A model generated the notes under the pieces. The model was given only the letters and a program-made list of their open reading frames with translations, was not told where the DNA came from and made no database searches. A stretch of DNA of 64,000 nt from Vicugna vicugna (Eukaryota). Shown here piece by piece: positions 14,201 through 28,040 of this stretch; positions within the stretch are counted from its first letter, which is position 1; each line of letters opens with the position of its first letter. The stretch spans positions 8,515,425 through 8,579,424 of the forward strand of contig MU058636.1 in NCBI GenBank assembly GCA_013265495.1, read 5' to 3'. The translations under genes were made by a program, and so were the position numbers.

Positions 14201-14729
14201 AAACGATACATAAGTCCAGGTATGCGTGCACACATAAATGAATGAAAGCAATGAGAGTCTTTATCTCCTCTCCCCTAAAAGAGTTCTCAGAGTCCCAATA
14301 AATTTACAGGATTCTCAGGGTCTGAACCTGGAAGCACTTGTCTTTGCCCAACTTCCAGATTTGTCCACCTTTGTCCTGGGATCGTCACCTGAATATGGCA
14401 GGATGGTACAGGATGAAGCACCTGATGCCAAAGCTGAGAGATGTGCCATCTGCAGGCAAGACATGCCTATCCCCTGTGCCAGTATATAGACCTACATGGA
14501 AACCAACCAGGTAATTCCTTTTAGCTCAGGTTGAGTAAGGAGCAAATGAGTGCAGAAATCTTCTGTTTTATAGATACTAATATTGTGGTATTATGTAAAG
14601 TATACAGCCTCCAGAAGCAGAAAGACCTGTCTTTAAAGATTGTAAAAGTAGCTGCCTTTTTTTTTTTGAAGAATAAAATGAAACAAAGTATAAGAAGTGC
14701 TTATCATAGTATCAGGTGCAAAAATATTA

Positions 14730-15268
14730 TTAGTATAGCCAAGACGTGGAAGCAACTTAAATGTCCACTGACAGATGATTAGATAAAGAAGATGTGGCAT
14801 GTATACACACATATATATGGATATATACAATGGAATACTACTCAGCCATAAAAAGGAACAAAATAATGACATCTGCAACAACATGGTTGGAGATTGTCAT
14901 ACCGAGTGAAGAAAGCCAGAAAGAGAAAGAAACATATCATATATCATTTATACATGGAATCTAAAAAAAAAAATGATGCAAATGAACTTATTTACAAAAC
15001 AGAAACAGACTCACAGACACAGAAAACAAATATATGTTACCAGAGGGGAAAAGGGGTGGGTGGAGGGATAAATTGAGAGTTTGGGATTTGCTGATACTCA
15101 CTACTATATATAAAATAGATAAACAAAGAGGTCTTACTGTATAGCACAGGGAATTACATTCAATATCTTGTAATAGCCTATAATGAAAAATAATATGAAA
15201 AGGAATACATATATCTGAATCACTATGCTGAAGAGCAGAAATTAACACAGCATTGTAAATAAAAAATT
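14730..15268 (+). mobile_element. 5'-truncated L1 (ORF2 C-terminus plus 3'UTR)
   Basis: Contains atagccaagacgtggaagcaac...tggaatactactcagccataaaaag...tgaacttatttacaaaacagaaacagactcacagac and has an A-rich end. Confidence 0.9.
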
Positions 15269-17831
15269 AACACTTCTCTATCAAATCTTTATATATACAT
15301 ATATATATAATTATATAATTATATAATTAGTTCTTTCCTTCCTCCCATCCTCCCTTCTCAATGCATGCATCTGCACTGAAGCACTACACAGCTCAAAACA
15401 ATTTGCAGATGTTTCAATATTCACTTGCAAATCTGTAATGAGAGAAATGGGTTTACTAAATTCAATCATAGGTTACTCTAGGCATTGCATCTGACCTTAT
15501 AAGAAAGAAATTACTATTCACTGGATTACAACGTCATAGACAGTTTTGACACACAAGATTCCTGGGAAATGTGCTGATTGACATGTGATCCCAGTAGTCA
15601 TCCAGAATTGGCAAACGTGAAAAACTGTCTCTTTTTTCTCCTATAACTGTATATGGAGGTTTGACTGTGACCGGAATTGAGCTGCTGACTAGAAACTAGC
15701 CTTGCCAGCCCATGAAAGATACAGCTAAGTGACTCAGAGAAGCTGTGAGAATGTGCCTTGGGCCCCCCCCACCCCGTTCCTTCTCATGAGCCAAGGTCAA
15801 GTCTTAGGCCTCCCATGAATTTTTCACATCGAGGCTTATGGTATGTTCTTAAGAGCCTCTGGACTTGATAAACTTCTGCTAGAATTAAATATATTGCTTA
15901 TATGTGTTTGTATTTTTAAGACTAAGAAGAACAAGAAAACATTTCTTCTCTTTCAGCTGCAAATCAAAAGCAGAGAACAAATACTGTTAAAAACAACTTT
16001 TATTTTATCTTTTTGCCCAAAAGAAAGTAGCTTCTGTGGCTGCTGTGACTTTCCACGTAGTCTCTCAGGCGGGGTGACTGCCTGGGTTATCACTTTACCC
16101 TAAAGGTCTAGGGAGAACCTACTAAAAATGATAAGAATTACAAGTAGGAAGATGAACAAGCTCATTAAAGAGTGAGTAATTCCTGGTATAGGCAAAAAAG
16201 AACTAGAAAAAAGTGAAATTGGTGAATGTAGGGTTAAACTAGTGGCTTTCCTACGAAAGAGTGCAGAGATAAGCTTCTATCTTACTACTAAAACTTCCTA
16301 ATAAAGCTTCTAATTACTCAATTTAAACAAAATTTTAAATTAAACTTTAAATCATAAAATTACAAATCCAGTATCTTCAAGCTTTTCATTTAAATGGACA
16401 CTTCTATTTCATACCAACATTTCTTTACCATACATTTCCCAACAAGGGATAGTTCATGAACTGTGGTCGCAGTTCACTGGCTTTGAGTTTCTAGCCAAGT
16501 TTTATATAAGAAAATTTCTAAATGGAGTTATTCTTTTTCTAAATAAGGTTGAACTCTGAACCTACACAGCATATGAAGAAAGTGGTTGATCTGAACTCTG
16601 AATCAATCTCTCCAGCATATTCAGGAAGTGGTTAATACACTGTATGTGGTGGAACCGGCAGGGGAGGGGCTGGTTTACTCTGAGGACTTTTAAGACATTA
16701 CTGGTGAAATATGAATGTTGATTCTTAAATATTTTTGACATGAAATGTCAGATAAACAGATCTTAAAAAAACACAATCTCTCTACTTAAGAGCTATTTTT
16801 AATCCTTACAAGTCTCAACAAGCATGGTATTTTTAAACTAGGAAGCTGGAAAAAATTTATTTTTAAATTGTCCTCTGTGAGTTTATTTTCCTCATAGTTG
16901 TTTCTCTCGAGCACATCTAAGTTTTGTGGGGTATTTTTTGTAGGTTCATATAGAAGACTATGGTAAGAGAGATAGGGTTTCTAAACATTATTACTGGTCT
17001 TAAAAAAATGGTTAACATCTTGTATTTTGTTGGTGTTCTTTATTTCTGAGTTATTGTTTTCCAATGACATCATTTCAGTCAGAGAACAATGGGAAAGCTA
17101 AATAGTGTGTCCATTCAAATTAATTCAACAGATACGTTTAACCATCTATCAGAATCGAGGTTGTATTCTAGACTCAGATTTTGCAATGAGCAAAAATGAA
17201 AAACTGTCTTGGTGTAGTTTTATTTCCACTTGAGGGAGACAGGCAATAAGGCAAAACAAAACAACACATGATACATAATAAGTATGTGATGTGGTTAATA
17301 AAATGCTAAAAACTTGATTTACAAACTTGGAGAGCACTGTAAAAATTCTGGCTCTATTTGGAGTGAAACTGAGAGCCACCGGGAAGTTTTAGACAGAGAA
17401 CAGTGAGCAATGAAAGTGTACGTCTTGTGCTTCAGTTCAGAGGCAGAGACAGACACAAGAGATACGAAGATAAATTCAGCAAAAGCTGGTCATTGGACAC
17501 AAGGCATGATGGAGAGAAAACACTTGTGTTTGTTATGTTGCCATTTACTGATTTAGGGCAGGTTGCATTTAGGCTGCCATACAGATTTAATTTTAGGAAT
17601 TAACATTGTAGTTGACATTGTAGATATTGTGAGTATGTTGGAACAAGGACAGAAAATACGTTTTATCTTGCAGAGCAAGACAAGTTTATCAGTAATGGGG
17701 GCCTAGAACTTACAGTGAAAAGGAGTCTGAGACTAAGTTAGAATTCAGAGGAAAAACTTATCTTGCCCAATATTTCTAATTTCCATGGGTGAGTTTCAGT
17801 TCTGGCGCAGCTGAAAAATTTCCTTATATAT

Positions 17832-18070
17832 TGTTATGAGCTGAACTATCTTCTCTCAAGATTCATGTGTTAAAGTCCTAACCCCCACTACCTCAAAATG
17901 TGACTGTGTTTGGACAAAGGGTCTTTAAAGAAGTAGCAAAGTTAAAAAAAAAAAAAAATCCTGTCGACACTTTGCTCGCAGACTTCTAGTCTCCAGAGTT
18001 GTGGGAAAATACATTTGTTTTCACTCATTTTGTAGTTCTCTGTTATGGTGGCCCTGGCAGACTAATGCAT
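17832..18070 (+). mobile_element. MaLR LTR (MLT1A/B-like), internally deleted
   Basis: Starts tgttatgagctgaac...ttcatgtgttaaagtcctaaccccca and ends tgttatggtggccctggcagactaatgca. Confidence 0.75.
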
Positions 18071-18220
18071 ACACCAACCCTCTTGAAAATAACTATAACT
18101 TTATATAAAATACAATGAAAACCTAGCCTACAGTCCTGAGAAATGACAAAGGAAACACAGATTGTGGAAAAGGGTCAAAACTTGGAGGAAAGGACCAGAT
18201 AAATGAGCCTATCTCTATAA

Positions 18221-18278
<58 letters not shown>

Positions 18279-18312
18279 GTCTATCTATCTATGTATCTAC
18301 CTATCATCTATC
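18221..18312. repeat. (TATC)n / GATA tetranucleotide microsatellite
   Basis: Direct ctatctatct... array with a few variant units. Confidence 0.95.
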
Positions 18313-18429
18313 TATCACCATTATGGTGTAATATAGAGTGGCAAAAACTTTGAAAACTCTGAATTATTCCGGCCTGCAGAAACAGTTGACAGTGTTTAGA
18401 GCAATTGGTTTCTAAATTAAAATGAAACA

Positions 18430-19740
18430 AAACACTTAAATGAGCATACCAGAATCTAGAGTTACCACAACATAACTTTTCCAATATCCAGAATATGATG
18501 CAAAACGCTACATAAAAAGGACCAAGGAAATGTTACCCATTCTCCGGAGAAAAGACAGTCCATGAAGGCTGATCCCTGGATGATTCAGATGACAGGCTAG
18601 CAGATAAGGACTTTAGAGAAGCTATTATTATTCTGCTCAAGAAGCCAAAAATAAATAAATAAATAAATAAATACATAAGAAATCTCAGCAGACACATAGA
18701 AATGATATAAAAGCCATGTAGAAAGCCTAGAACTGAAAAATAAAATATCTAAAATTAAAAAATACTACTGAATAGAAGTCACAGTAAAATAAAGATGACA
18801 GAGGAAAAAGTAAGTCAGTTTGGAGACGGAGCCACAGATATCATCCTATCTGAAGAAAAACAGAGAAAACAAATGGAATAAGTTAATAGAACCTCAAGAA
18901 TCTGTGGAACAGTATCAAAAGACATCACTGAAGCCTCCGAAGAATGAGAGAAAGAGAACGAATCAGGAAAAGAATATCTGAAGAAATAATGGCCTAAATT
19001 TCCCCATATTGAAGGGAATCAATGTACAGATTCAGGAATCTCAGAAAACCTCAAACAGGATAAAAATGAAGAAAGCCATGCTAGGCCACGTAATACTCAA
19101 ATTTCTAAAAAGCAAAGTATAATGAGAAAATCTTAAAAGCATTCTGAAAAAAAAAAAAAAACCCACCAACAAAAAACGGCACACTGCTTACAGGGAAAGA
19201 GCAATGAACATTATTGCTGACTTTTCATCAGAAATTACGAAGACCAAAAGAAGGCGCGACGGTATCTTAAAAGGCTGAAAAGGAGAGGCAAAAACTGTCA
19301 ACCCAGAATCCTATACTCAGCAAAATCCTTCTTCAAGAATGAAGGTGAAACAAAGATATTTTCAGATGAAAGAAAACTGAGACTATCTGTTGGTAAACAT
19401 GCTAAAGAGAATTCTTCTGGTTGAAAGGAAATAATTCTAGAGGGAAACTCAGGTCGTCAGGAAGGGATGAAGAAGATAAGAAAAGGAAAAGAGATGAATA
19501 AAAATTTATTTTCTTAGTATTAAAAAAATACATACGACTATTGAAAGCAAACATTAAAACACTCTCTTGTGAAAAAAATAAAATAAAACACCCTCTCGTG
19601 AGGTTTATAACGTATATACAACTAGACCAGGAAGGACAGTCGTGTGGGGTAATTGAGCCTGTTCTGTGGCGATGCTTCTACGTTTTATATGATGTTCGTA
19701 CAATATGAACTCTAAATAGATGATGAAAAAGTAAAGGCCT
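18430..19740 (+). mobile_element. Old L1 5'/ORF1 region, degenerate
   Basis: A-rich ORF1-like motifs (tgaagaaataatggcctaaatttccc, gagaaaatcttaaaagca, ctgtcaacccagaatcctata, ttcaagaatgaaggtgaaa); no open frame. Confidence 0.75.
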
Positions 19741-20245
19741 TATGGTAGGCATAGGAACGGTCCCCCAAACATGCCCACATGCTAAGTCCCAGAAGTTGTA
19801 AGCATGTCATGTTCCGTGGCCAAGGATGAATTAGGTGGCAGATGGTATTCAGGTGGCTAGTCAGCTAACCTTAAAATTGGGAAATCACCTTGGATTATCC
19901 AGGGGACCCAGTGTGGTCAGAGGGTCTTCAAAAGATGGAAAATGGAGGCACAGGCGGAAGCCAGAGTGGTGCTCAGCAGGACTAAACCTTTTCCTTCTGC
20001 TGACCTTCAAGACAGGAAAACAGCACCATGTGCCAAAGAGTGTGGAAAATCTCTGGAAGCTCAAAAAGGCAAGGAAACTTATTCCCCAATAGAGCTTCCA
20101 GAAGGAATGCAGCCCTGCCAATACCTCGATATTAGTCCGGGAGACCTGTGTCAGATTTCTGACCTATAGAACTGTAAGATAACACATGGGTGGTGTTTTA
20201 AGCTTCTATGTGGTAACTTGTTAGAGCCGCAAGAGAAAAGTAATA
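19741..20245 (+). mobile_element. MaLR LTR (MLT1D/E-like)
   Basis: Contains tggtaggca...cttggattatccaggggacccagtgt...gagcttccagaaggaatgcagccctgcca...gacctatagaactgtaagataa...gtggtaacttgttagagc. Confidence 0.8.
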
Positions 20246-22539
20246 AAGGTATATATTGCATTTCTTTGCTTTTGTTTTTGTCTAGAATCTGTCTTTTTAT
20301 TCTTTGTTTTCTTTCTTGATTTCTATATGCCTAAATAATTAAAGTAAATTAGATAATATGACATGTCAAACATAAAACATTTTTTTCACAACTAACAAAA
20401 TTAATATCATATACTGAATTCTATCTAACACCCAATTCATACCCAGGTTTCCTTGATTGTCTCAAAAATGGCCTTCACAGTTTTGTTGTTCAAATTATGA
20501 TCCTGGTGAGAACCGCACGTCGCTTTTCTTTTCCTCTATAGTACGTTTTCTCTTTGCGTGGCAACTGCCTGTGGAAGAAACCAGACCTGCAAAATATCCC
20601 ATATTCTGGATTTGTCTATCACTCCTGTGATTCTCTTTAATTTTTACTCTAAACTCTGAATTTCTTGAAAATGAGAAGCTGCAGCTAAAGCCTTCATAGG
20701 TCTTAAACTAATCATTTTGGTGCTGTAAATGAATACAGGCAATACTATGCTGACCTTTGGTATGCAATTCTTAAAGCAACCACTGAAACATAATGCAGAG
20801 ATCTACCATGGACCTGAGGAGGGAAGACAATTCCAGAAAATTGTCATTCCCGGCAGAGAGAAGGCTGATTCTGTTCTTTGCTTTGGGCTTGAGAAGTTGA
20901 GCAATAAGGCTTTAATTTTCTTTTTGCTTTCTCCTAGAATTATTTTTTTACTCATTGAAAGGAGTGCTCTGAGTATTTAATGAAAACTGATTTTAAGTGA
21001 CATTTTATTTCAGTATCTGACCTTTTACATAGGAATCTTCTCTAGTGGTATAAAATTTACAAATTAAAAAAATAGGACAGATCAGTATTTATGAGTTTTA
21101 CAAATAAATATTTACTTTTTAATCCTTCTGATAATGACAGATTCTACATAGGCATTGGTAAAACTCACCCTTTGCACTTGTGATGTCATGCAATTTCTAC
21201 TCAGGAGTGGATTTATCTTTCCATTTTTTCATTTGAGCACATATTTCCCATATTGCTAATGGAAGTTTTACTTGAGCACATTCTGAATACACTCCATCTT
21301 CAATTATTCAGGGACATATGTTCAATAATATACAGAGATGCAGTTCAGGACATTTATGCGGCTCAATGATTGGTGGAGTCTAATCTTTAAATGCACGGAT
21401 GTGCCCATGATTTACACAGCTAACACAGGGGCTAGTGTAAAACCGTGTGCTGCTGCCTGGAAAAATATTTATTATGAATACTCAGAAGAAAATGAAGAAA
21501 AGGACCAGGAGGAGACACATTCCCCTCAAAGAACTGCTTCTTTATAACCTCACAGACTAAACACAAAGGTTTCCAAAAGCCAGACTATGAATAGCTCTAT
21601 TCTATTAAAGAAGGAACGACTGCTTCATTTATAGCCTGCATCTTTTCATTTTTCATAACTGCTTACAAAGAAAACAGCTGCTCACTATTAAAGAAGACTG
21701 GAACAAACCTAGTTTCTATAAGGTTCTCCCCGATAACGTCTTACTAAGAAGAGTTTAGTAAATACAGTAGTAAACTCACGTTGTTGTTTTTATCTATTGA
21801 TCGATCTGTTAATCAACCTTTCTAGCTAACTTTTTAAATTTTTTAAAACTTGTACAGTAAATCACTCCTTGAAAGGCAAAAGACTTTCATCAAAATCCCC
21901 CTGGAGAATCTTGTAAAGTGACATTCAAAACATATATTTCAATATAATTATTAAAATCAGTGACATTTAAAACATGTATTTCAATAAAATTGTTAAAAAT
22001 CAAAGACAGGACCTTGGCGTTTATACTGTTCTATTTTTATTAGAATATTACAAAGAACTTTCTGCCCACTGTACTCGACCCTACTGTGCATCCAGGAGCA
22101 TTCAAAAAATCACTCTAGAATGACTAGCCAATCAGATAGGTAGCTTTGGCTGAGCACTGCAAACCCTATAATTTTACTTTTGAAAATGGAACTAGATGTT
22201 CAAAGACTGACTTCAACTTTGAACTGATTCATTTATAAATAACATAGATGTAATATTTTCCAATTAATTTTATTTGAATAAATTTTAATTTCATTTCATA
22301 TTTCAATCTCCTGCTGTCAGAGCAATGCAATTCGTGGGCTATTTTAATTTATGACTCTTCAGGTAGAAGGTCCTAGTCAAGGATGGCTATTATCATATTA
22401 ACATTTATTTGGAGATTGTAGCAGAAGATTATGAATTATTCTCTTTGATAGAACAATTTCAGATGGGCATATGGAGATATATAAAAGGTAATCATAAAAT
22501 ACACCATTTACTGGCATTAATGTGATTGTACATAGACCG

Positions 22540-22740
22540 TTTACGAACTTCTGCTATGCCTCAAGTGGTTTAGATGTTATTTATTATCTTTCCAACAACC
22601 TGACAGGATAGATATTTTAATATCCATTTTACAGAGGTGGAACTTGAGGCTGAAAGGTTAAGTAATTTGCCCAAAATTACACTGCGGTAAGTGGCAGAAA
22701 AGTGGTTTAGACTTATGTGGTTAAATCTTATTCTGGTAAA
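22540..22740 (-). mobile_element. MIR SINE
   Basis: Contains ccattttacagaggtggaacttgaggctgaaaggttaagtaatttgcccaaaattacac. Confidence 0.7.
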
Positions 22741-23262
22741 TTTCTTATTACATTACACTCTTCTCTGACTCGCTAGCATTAGCAGAATCAGCCTTGGGGA
22801 TCAATGGTTTGACACACTAAAGTCAAATCAATCACATATAGAAGGCTTTATAATAGCCTTTACCAGTGACTTGTTTGACTATAATTTGGCAGGAGTAAAA
22901 ACATTTGTTAGGTCAAACTGAAAAAACAAAAAAATTCCAATCTGCTGTGCCCACTTGACTTATGAGAACTCTCATGAGATATCTGGTCGGTCCACTTAAT
23001 CCAAAAGTTGTTGGATGGATCAATTTCTTTAAAAAAGTACGAGAAGAATAAATTTTAATATAGAAAATGCTTAGATTTTTCTAAGTTCTAACTTTTCAGA
23101 GCTACCGAGTTCCTTGTTTTCTACAATGTTCTCCTAGACAAGGCATTCCCATGCTTCCAATATGTACATAAGAAAATATTGGAGTTCCATCCGGGTTTCA
23201 AAATCTTTAGTCTTTACACATAGTAATGAATGTATGAAGTTAAGATCAAGGAACAATGACTT

Positions 23263-23407
23263 TTTTTTTTTTTTACTTTATTACATTTGGGGGGCAGGGG
23301 TAATTAGGTTTATTTATTTATTTATTTTAATGGGTGAACTGGGGATGGAACCCAGGACCCTGTGCTTCTTAAGCACACACTCTACCACTGAGCTATACCT
23401 TCCCCCG
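23263..23407 (-). mobile_element. Full-length tRNA-Ala-derived SINE (Vic-1-like) with TSD
   Basis: Reverse complement reads gggggaaggtatagctcagtggtagag...ggtcctgggttccatcccc...(taaa)n cctaattac...poly(A). TSD acaatgactt at 23253-23262 and 23408-23417. Confidence 0.9.
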
Positions 23408-23699
23408 ACAATGACTTCTTTTGATTTTATTTTTATTCATCCTGATGTTAGTGAGTGAGTGAGCACTTGTTATGTGACAATTATTACATGAGGAACAGTC
23501 AACATGAGTTAGACAGAATCCATGCGCTTAAGAACCATTCACTGAGGAAACAGAAATGCAATTAAGTAAAAATGAAACACTTGGATGTGAAATTATAGAG
23601 ATTTGCAGAGTAATATAGGAATATAAAGGAGGGACAGATCAAAGGAGGGACAGCTAATAGAAAGAGTAAGGAGGAAGGTTTGATTAATAAATACTTAGT

Positions 23700-24420
23700 T
23701 GGATTATTTCACTTGGCACAATGTCCACCAGGTTCATCCATGTTGTTGCAAATGGCAGAATTTCCTTTTTTTTAATGGCTGAATAATATCATATATATAA
23801 TGAAATCTGTTAACAAACACTTAGGTTGTTCCAATACCTTGGCTATTGTGAATAATACTGTAATAACACAGGAGTGCAGATTTTTCTTTGAGGTACTAAG
23901 TTCATTTCCTTTGCGTATATACCCAGAAGTGGGATTACTGGATCACATGGTAATTCTATTTTTAATTTTTGAAGGACTTCCACACTGTTTTCCATAATGG
24001 CTGTAAAGCCAGACACATAAATACAAATGCTTTATGATCTCACTTATATGTAGAATCTAAAAGAGTTGAACTCACAGAAGCAGAGAGTAGAATGTCATTG
24101 CCAGGAGCTCTGGGAGAGGTGGGAAAAATAAGGAGCTTTGAGTTGAAGGAGTAATAAAATACTGCACCGTATTGTATACTATAATACTGTAATATAAAGT
24201 AATAATAATAATAACCTACTGTATATTTGAAATTTGCTGAGAGTAGATCTTAAGTATTCTCATCACACACACAAAAAGGGTAACTAAGTGAGGTGATGGA
24301 TGTGTTAATTAGCTTGATTGTAATCATTTTGCAATGTACAGGTATATCAAATCAACATGCATACACCTCAAATATATACAATTTTTATTTCTCAATTAAA
24401 TCTCAAAAGCCAGAAAAATA
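23700..24420. mobile_element. L1MA-like element with 5' inversion (minus arm 23700-24005, plus arm 24006-24420)
   Basis: A minus-strand L1 ORF2-end/3'UTR segment directly abuts a plus-strand continuation aagccagacacataaatacaaatgc...gatctcacttatatgtagaatctaa. Confidence 0.85.
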
Positions 24421-24519
24421 ATCCTAATGTTAAAAAAACCTTAATGGGACCTGTGATAGCTCAGTATTATAAGATTCCCTTAAAAAACCAGTGGCAAGAC
24501 CTTTCTCTCGCTCTTGTAT

Positions 24520-25620
24520 ACATATATAAAGAAAATATAGAGAACATATTTATAATCCTGCATTGGGGAAGCTCTTTCTAAACAAGACAAATATCTGAAT
24601 ATATACAAAGCATATGACTGATAGATTGAATACAGAAAAATGTAAATGATGTACACAAAAACAGCAAACCCAAGACCATCTGCAGTATATAAACAAAAGA
24701 TTTATATTCACAATATATAAAGTGTATCTGCAAGTCAATAAGAAAAAATCCAATCTAATAGAAAAATGGGCAAAGAACATGATCATGCAAAACAGCCCCA
24801 AATTACAATTGGCTAATGAATATATGAGAATATTATCAGCTATGCTAACATATTATGAAGGCAAATTAAAATAATAAACTCATATTTCCCCTTCTTAGAT
24901 TGGTAAAATTCAGAAAGAATAAGACTATCCAGGGTTAACAGGTGTGAAGGGAAATTGACATTCCCACTCACTACTGGTAGCAGTGTAAATTATTGTCTTT
25001 TTAATAGGAAACAAATTTAGTCTATCAAATTTTATGAAACATATTTATTTTGATGAAACTATTCTTCTTCTAAAAATCTATCCTACAAACATACCGGCTC
25101 ATAAGTGCAAAGGCATTTTTACAAGGAAGTTCATGAAGACTTATTTATAGTAAAGAAAAACTGGGAAAATTTAAATGTCCACCAATAAAGGATTTTATAA
25201 AAATGATAATCCAGTATTTACAAATTTCATACAAAACTTAAAAATAATAAGGAAGTTTGTAATTATGATATTTTAAAAATCTTTAAGACATGGTCGTCAA
25301 AGGAAAAACTAAATTATATAAAATAATCCCATATATATGCATGTAAATATAAAAATCTAACTACTTACAACTGAATATGTGTCCCTGTACGTATTTAGAT
25401 GTGTGTATGTGTGTGTTGTGCATGTGGGTGGGGGTGTGGGGTGTGAGGGTGTGCATACAGAAACATCTAGGATACTTCCTGCAATATATTCAGCAATAAT
25501 TCTTAACTTTGAGGAAGGAATTGAGAATGGTAAAAAAAAGACTATAACTTTTACCACTCTGTGCATTGAAATCAGTTGAATTGTGTACATTTAGCACATA
25601 TTAGGTATTTCTATTGTACT
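24520..25620 (+). mobile_element. Old L1 (L1ME-like) 3' fragments
   Basis: Contains caatctaatagaaaaatgggcaaagaacatga, actggtagcagtgtaaatt and aaatgtccaccaataaag. Confidence 0.65.
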
Positions 25621-26861
25621 TTTAAGTATATATATGTGTATAAAATGATGATTTTTCTATTGTCATATTAAGCTCGATGGAATAAGGGAGCAGTAACATT
25701 TCCTGGAATTGGAAAAACCTAAATTGATACATAAAAATAAGTGAAATTAAATCATGGAAAAAAGGTGGAGGAGCAGAATGTTTTCTGGTTATCAAAGTCA
25801 AGATTTGGAAAGAAAATGAGATGGAAGGAGAAAGAGAGAAAGCCAAATTTTAAAAATAAATATAATTAAGAGGCATTTTACATTTGTCTTTAATCCTTGT
25901 TTCTTTTGAGCAGAGAAAGGCATCATTTTAACAAGCATGAATAAATTAGTAAAGGGATGAAGAATGGTATTCCAAATAGAGGAGATTCATTCTTGTATTA
26001 ATTCATACTCATAATTATGCATCATAATATCTTAGGAAAGGTGGCAATTTTATGGCCATATGCTAAATGGATTTTAGAGAATTTTATATTCCATACATAA
26101 GGTGATATACTGTAAGACAACCATCTATTTCATTAAAAATTCATCATTGGCTTTATTGCCCATCCTATTTATTCTGCCAAATGATATGCTAATAGAAATT
26201 TTAGTGTTATAAATCAGGTGTTATTTGAAGCACTAAAATGGAATAAGACTTCCATTTTGTAACAATATGAGAATGAAGTATAACTTTGTTAAGTCTAGAT
26301 ATGGATCTCCACAACTGAAAATAGTAATAAATAAATATAAAAACTTAAAACTAGTAATACAGTTTTCAGCCACTGAAATATACTATATTTACTAAATATA
26401 AAACCTACACATCTGTACTCAAACAACAGTAGCAGAGGAAGAGGATTGGCTATGCTTATGTGGCTTAAAGGGGTTTCACTTAGTGTTTTCATGTAGATTA
26501 TAAAAAATTATATAAAATAGCATCATTGCAATAACTAATCAAACTAAGGGCAAGTAAATTTTCTCCATTAAACTTTGAATATACAAAGGCAATGAATGTA
26601 TATTTAATTATTTCAGGTTGTGTTAATGAATATTAATCTTACAACTGGAAAAGTGATCATAGACTTCATTTTGTGAAATAATGTGTTTCCTAATTTAACC
26701 TCTCTTTCTGGGCTTCCAATTACTTTGTACTTTAACAACTATTACTAATAATGCATGTCATACTAAAACCAAAATGACAAAGGAACAAAAAGTTCCTACA
26801 CATTTCTGAAAGTGTCAAGAAATAGCCTGGGATGATGATACCTGTTCAACAATAAAGCAGG

Positions 26862-27010
26862 GAAGTGTGCATAGTGGTGGATCCATGGACCCTGGACTCG
26901 GGCCGTATGGAACCCTGGGTCTGCTGTTTGTAAGCTCCCTGACCTTGCACAAGGTCATACTTCATCTTTTTGAGCCTCATCTCCCAAATAGTACAATAAT
27001 AATAACAAAT
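26862..27010 (+). mobile_element. MIR SINE
   Basis: Contains gcatagtggt...tgaccttgcacaaggtcatactt...tgagcctcatctccc. Confidence 0.6.
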
Positions 27011-27024
27011 AATAATAGAACCTC

Positions 27025-27335
27025 TGGCTGTAGATTTCTTGTAAGTATGCTTTATTGAATCAGGGAAACTCCCCTCTATTCCCAGTTTACTGAGACTTTT
27101 TACCATGAATGGGTGTTGGATTTTGCAAAACGCTTTTTCGGCATCTGTTGAAATGATCATGTGATTTTCTTTGTCAACCTGTTGATGTGATCAATTACAT
27201 TAGTTGGTTTCAAATGTTGAACCAACCTTGCCTACCTGGGATAAATCCTACATGGTTATGGTTTATAATTCTTTTTTTTTTTTCATTATCAGATTTGATT
27301 TTCTAGTATCTTGTTTGAGGAAAAAGTTTGCTTCT
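27025..27335 (-). mobile_element. L1 ORF2 (reverse transcriptase) fragment
   Basis: Minus frame gives [30 protein letters not shown], matching the L1 RT motif ISIDAEKAFDKIQHPFM. Confidence 0.85.
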
Positions 27336-27703
27336 AAAAGCATAATTAGAATTCAGTTTTCATCACAAATCTCAAGAGTTTGCCTTGATTCTTTGATTTG
27401 CTTACATGACTTTTGTCCTTAAAGACTAATATCCCAGTTTGTTAGGAGGTTTCAGGACCCTCGCACCCTAGTACAGGATGTATCCAATGCAAAGATTAGT
27501 TTATTTTTTAAAGTAATCTTATTCCCTCAAATCTTTTCCTTCATGTTTATCATGTTTCCTTTCAGTTTTATATTTAAAACAAATAATATTAATCCCATAA
27601 AGTAGTAACTAGAATTCTATAAGAAAGAGTTGTGAGCAATGCTTAAACTGTCATGTATATACATGTGTAATATGTAATTTATGGGATAGTTATTCATATG
27701 TTC

Positions 27704-28040
27704 GGATTAGTTGCTAATGCTGCCGTTAAAAAAATACCACAGACTTTGTGGCTTAAACGACAGAAAATTATTTTCTCACAGCTCTGAAAGCTAGAATTTC
27801 AAATCAAGGTGTGGGAGGATTTGTTTGCTTCTCTGGCCATTCTCCTTGGGTTACAGATGGCTGCCTCCTAGCTGTGTTCTTACGTGGTCTTTCCTTTGTG
27901 TTCATGCCCCTTACTATCTCTCTGTACGTCCAAATTTCTTATAAGGACACCGGTCAGATTAGATTAGGGTCCAGTTTAATGGTCTCGTGTTTGATTTAAT
28001 TACCTCTTTAAAGCTCTACGTCCAACTATAGTCACAGTCA
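27704..28040 (-). mobile_element. MaLR LTR (MLT1A/B-like)
   Basis: Contains aaataccacagactttgtggcttaaac...ttttctcacagctctg...tcttataaggacaccggtcagattagattaggg. Confidence 0.8.
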
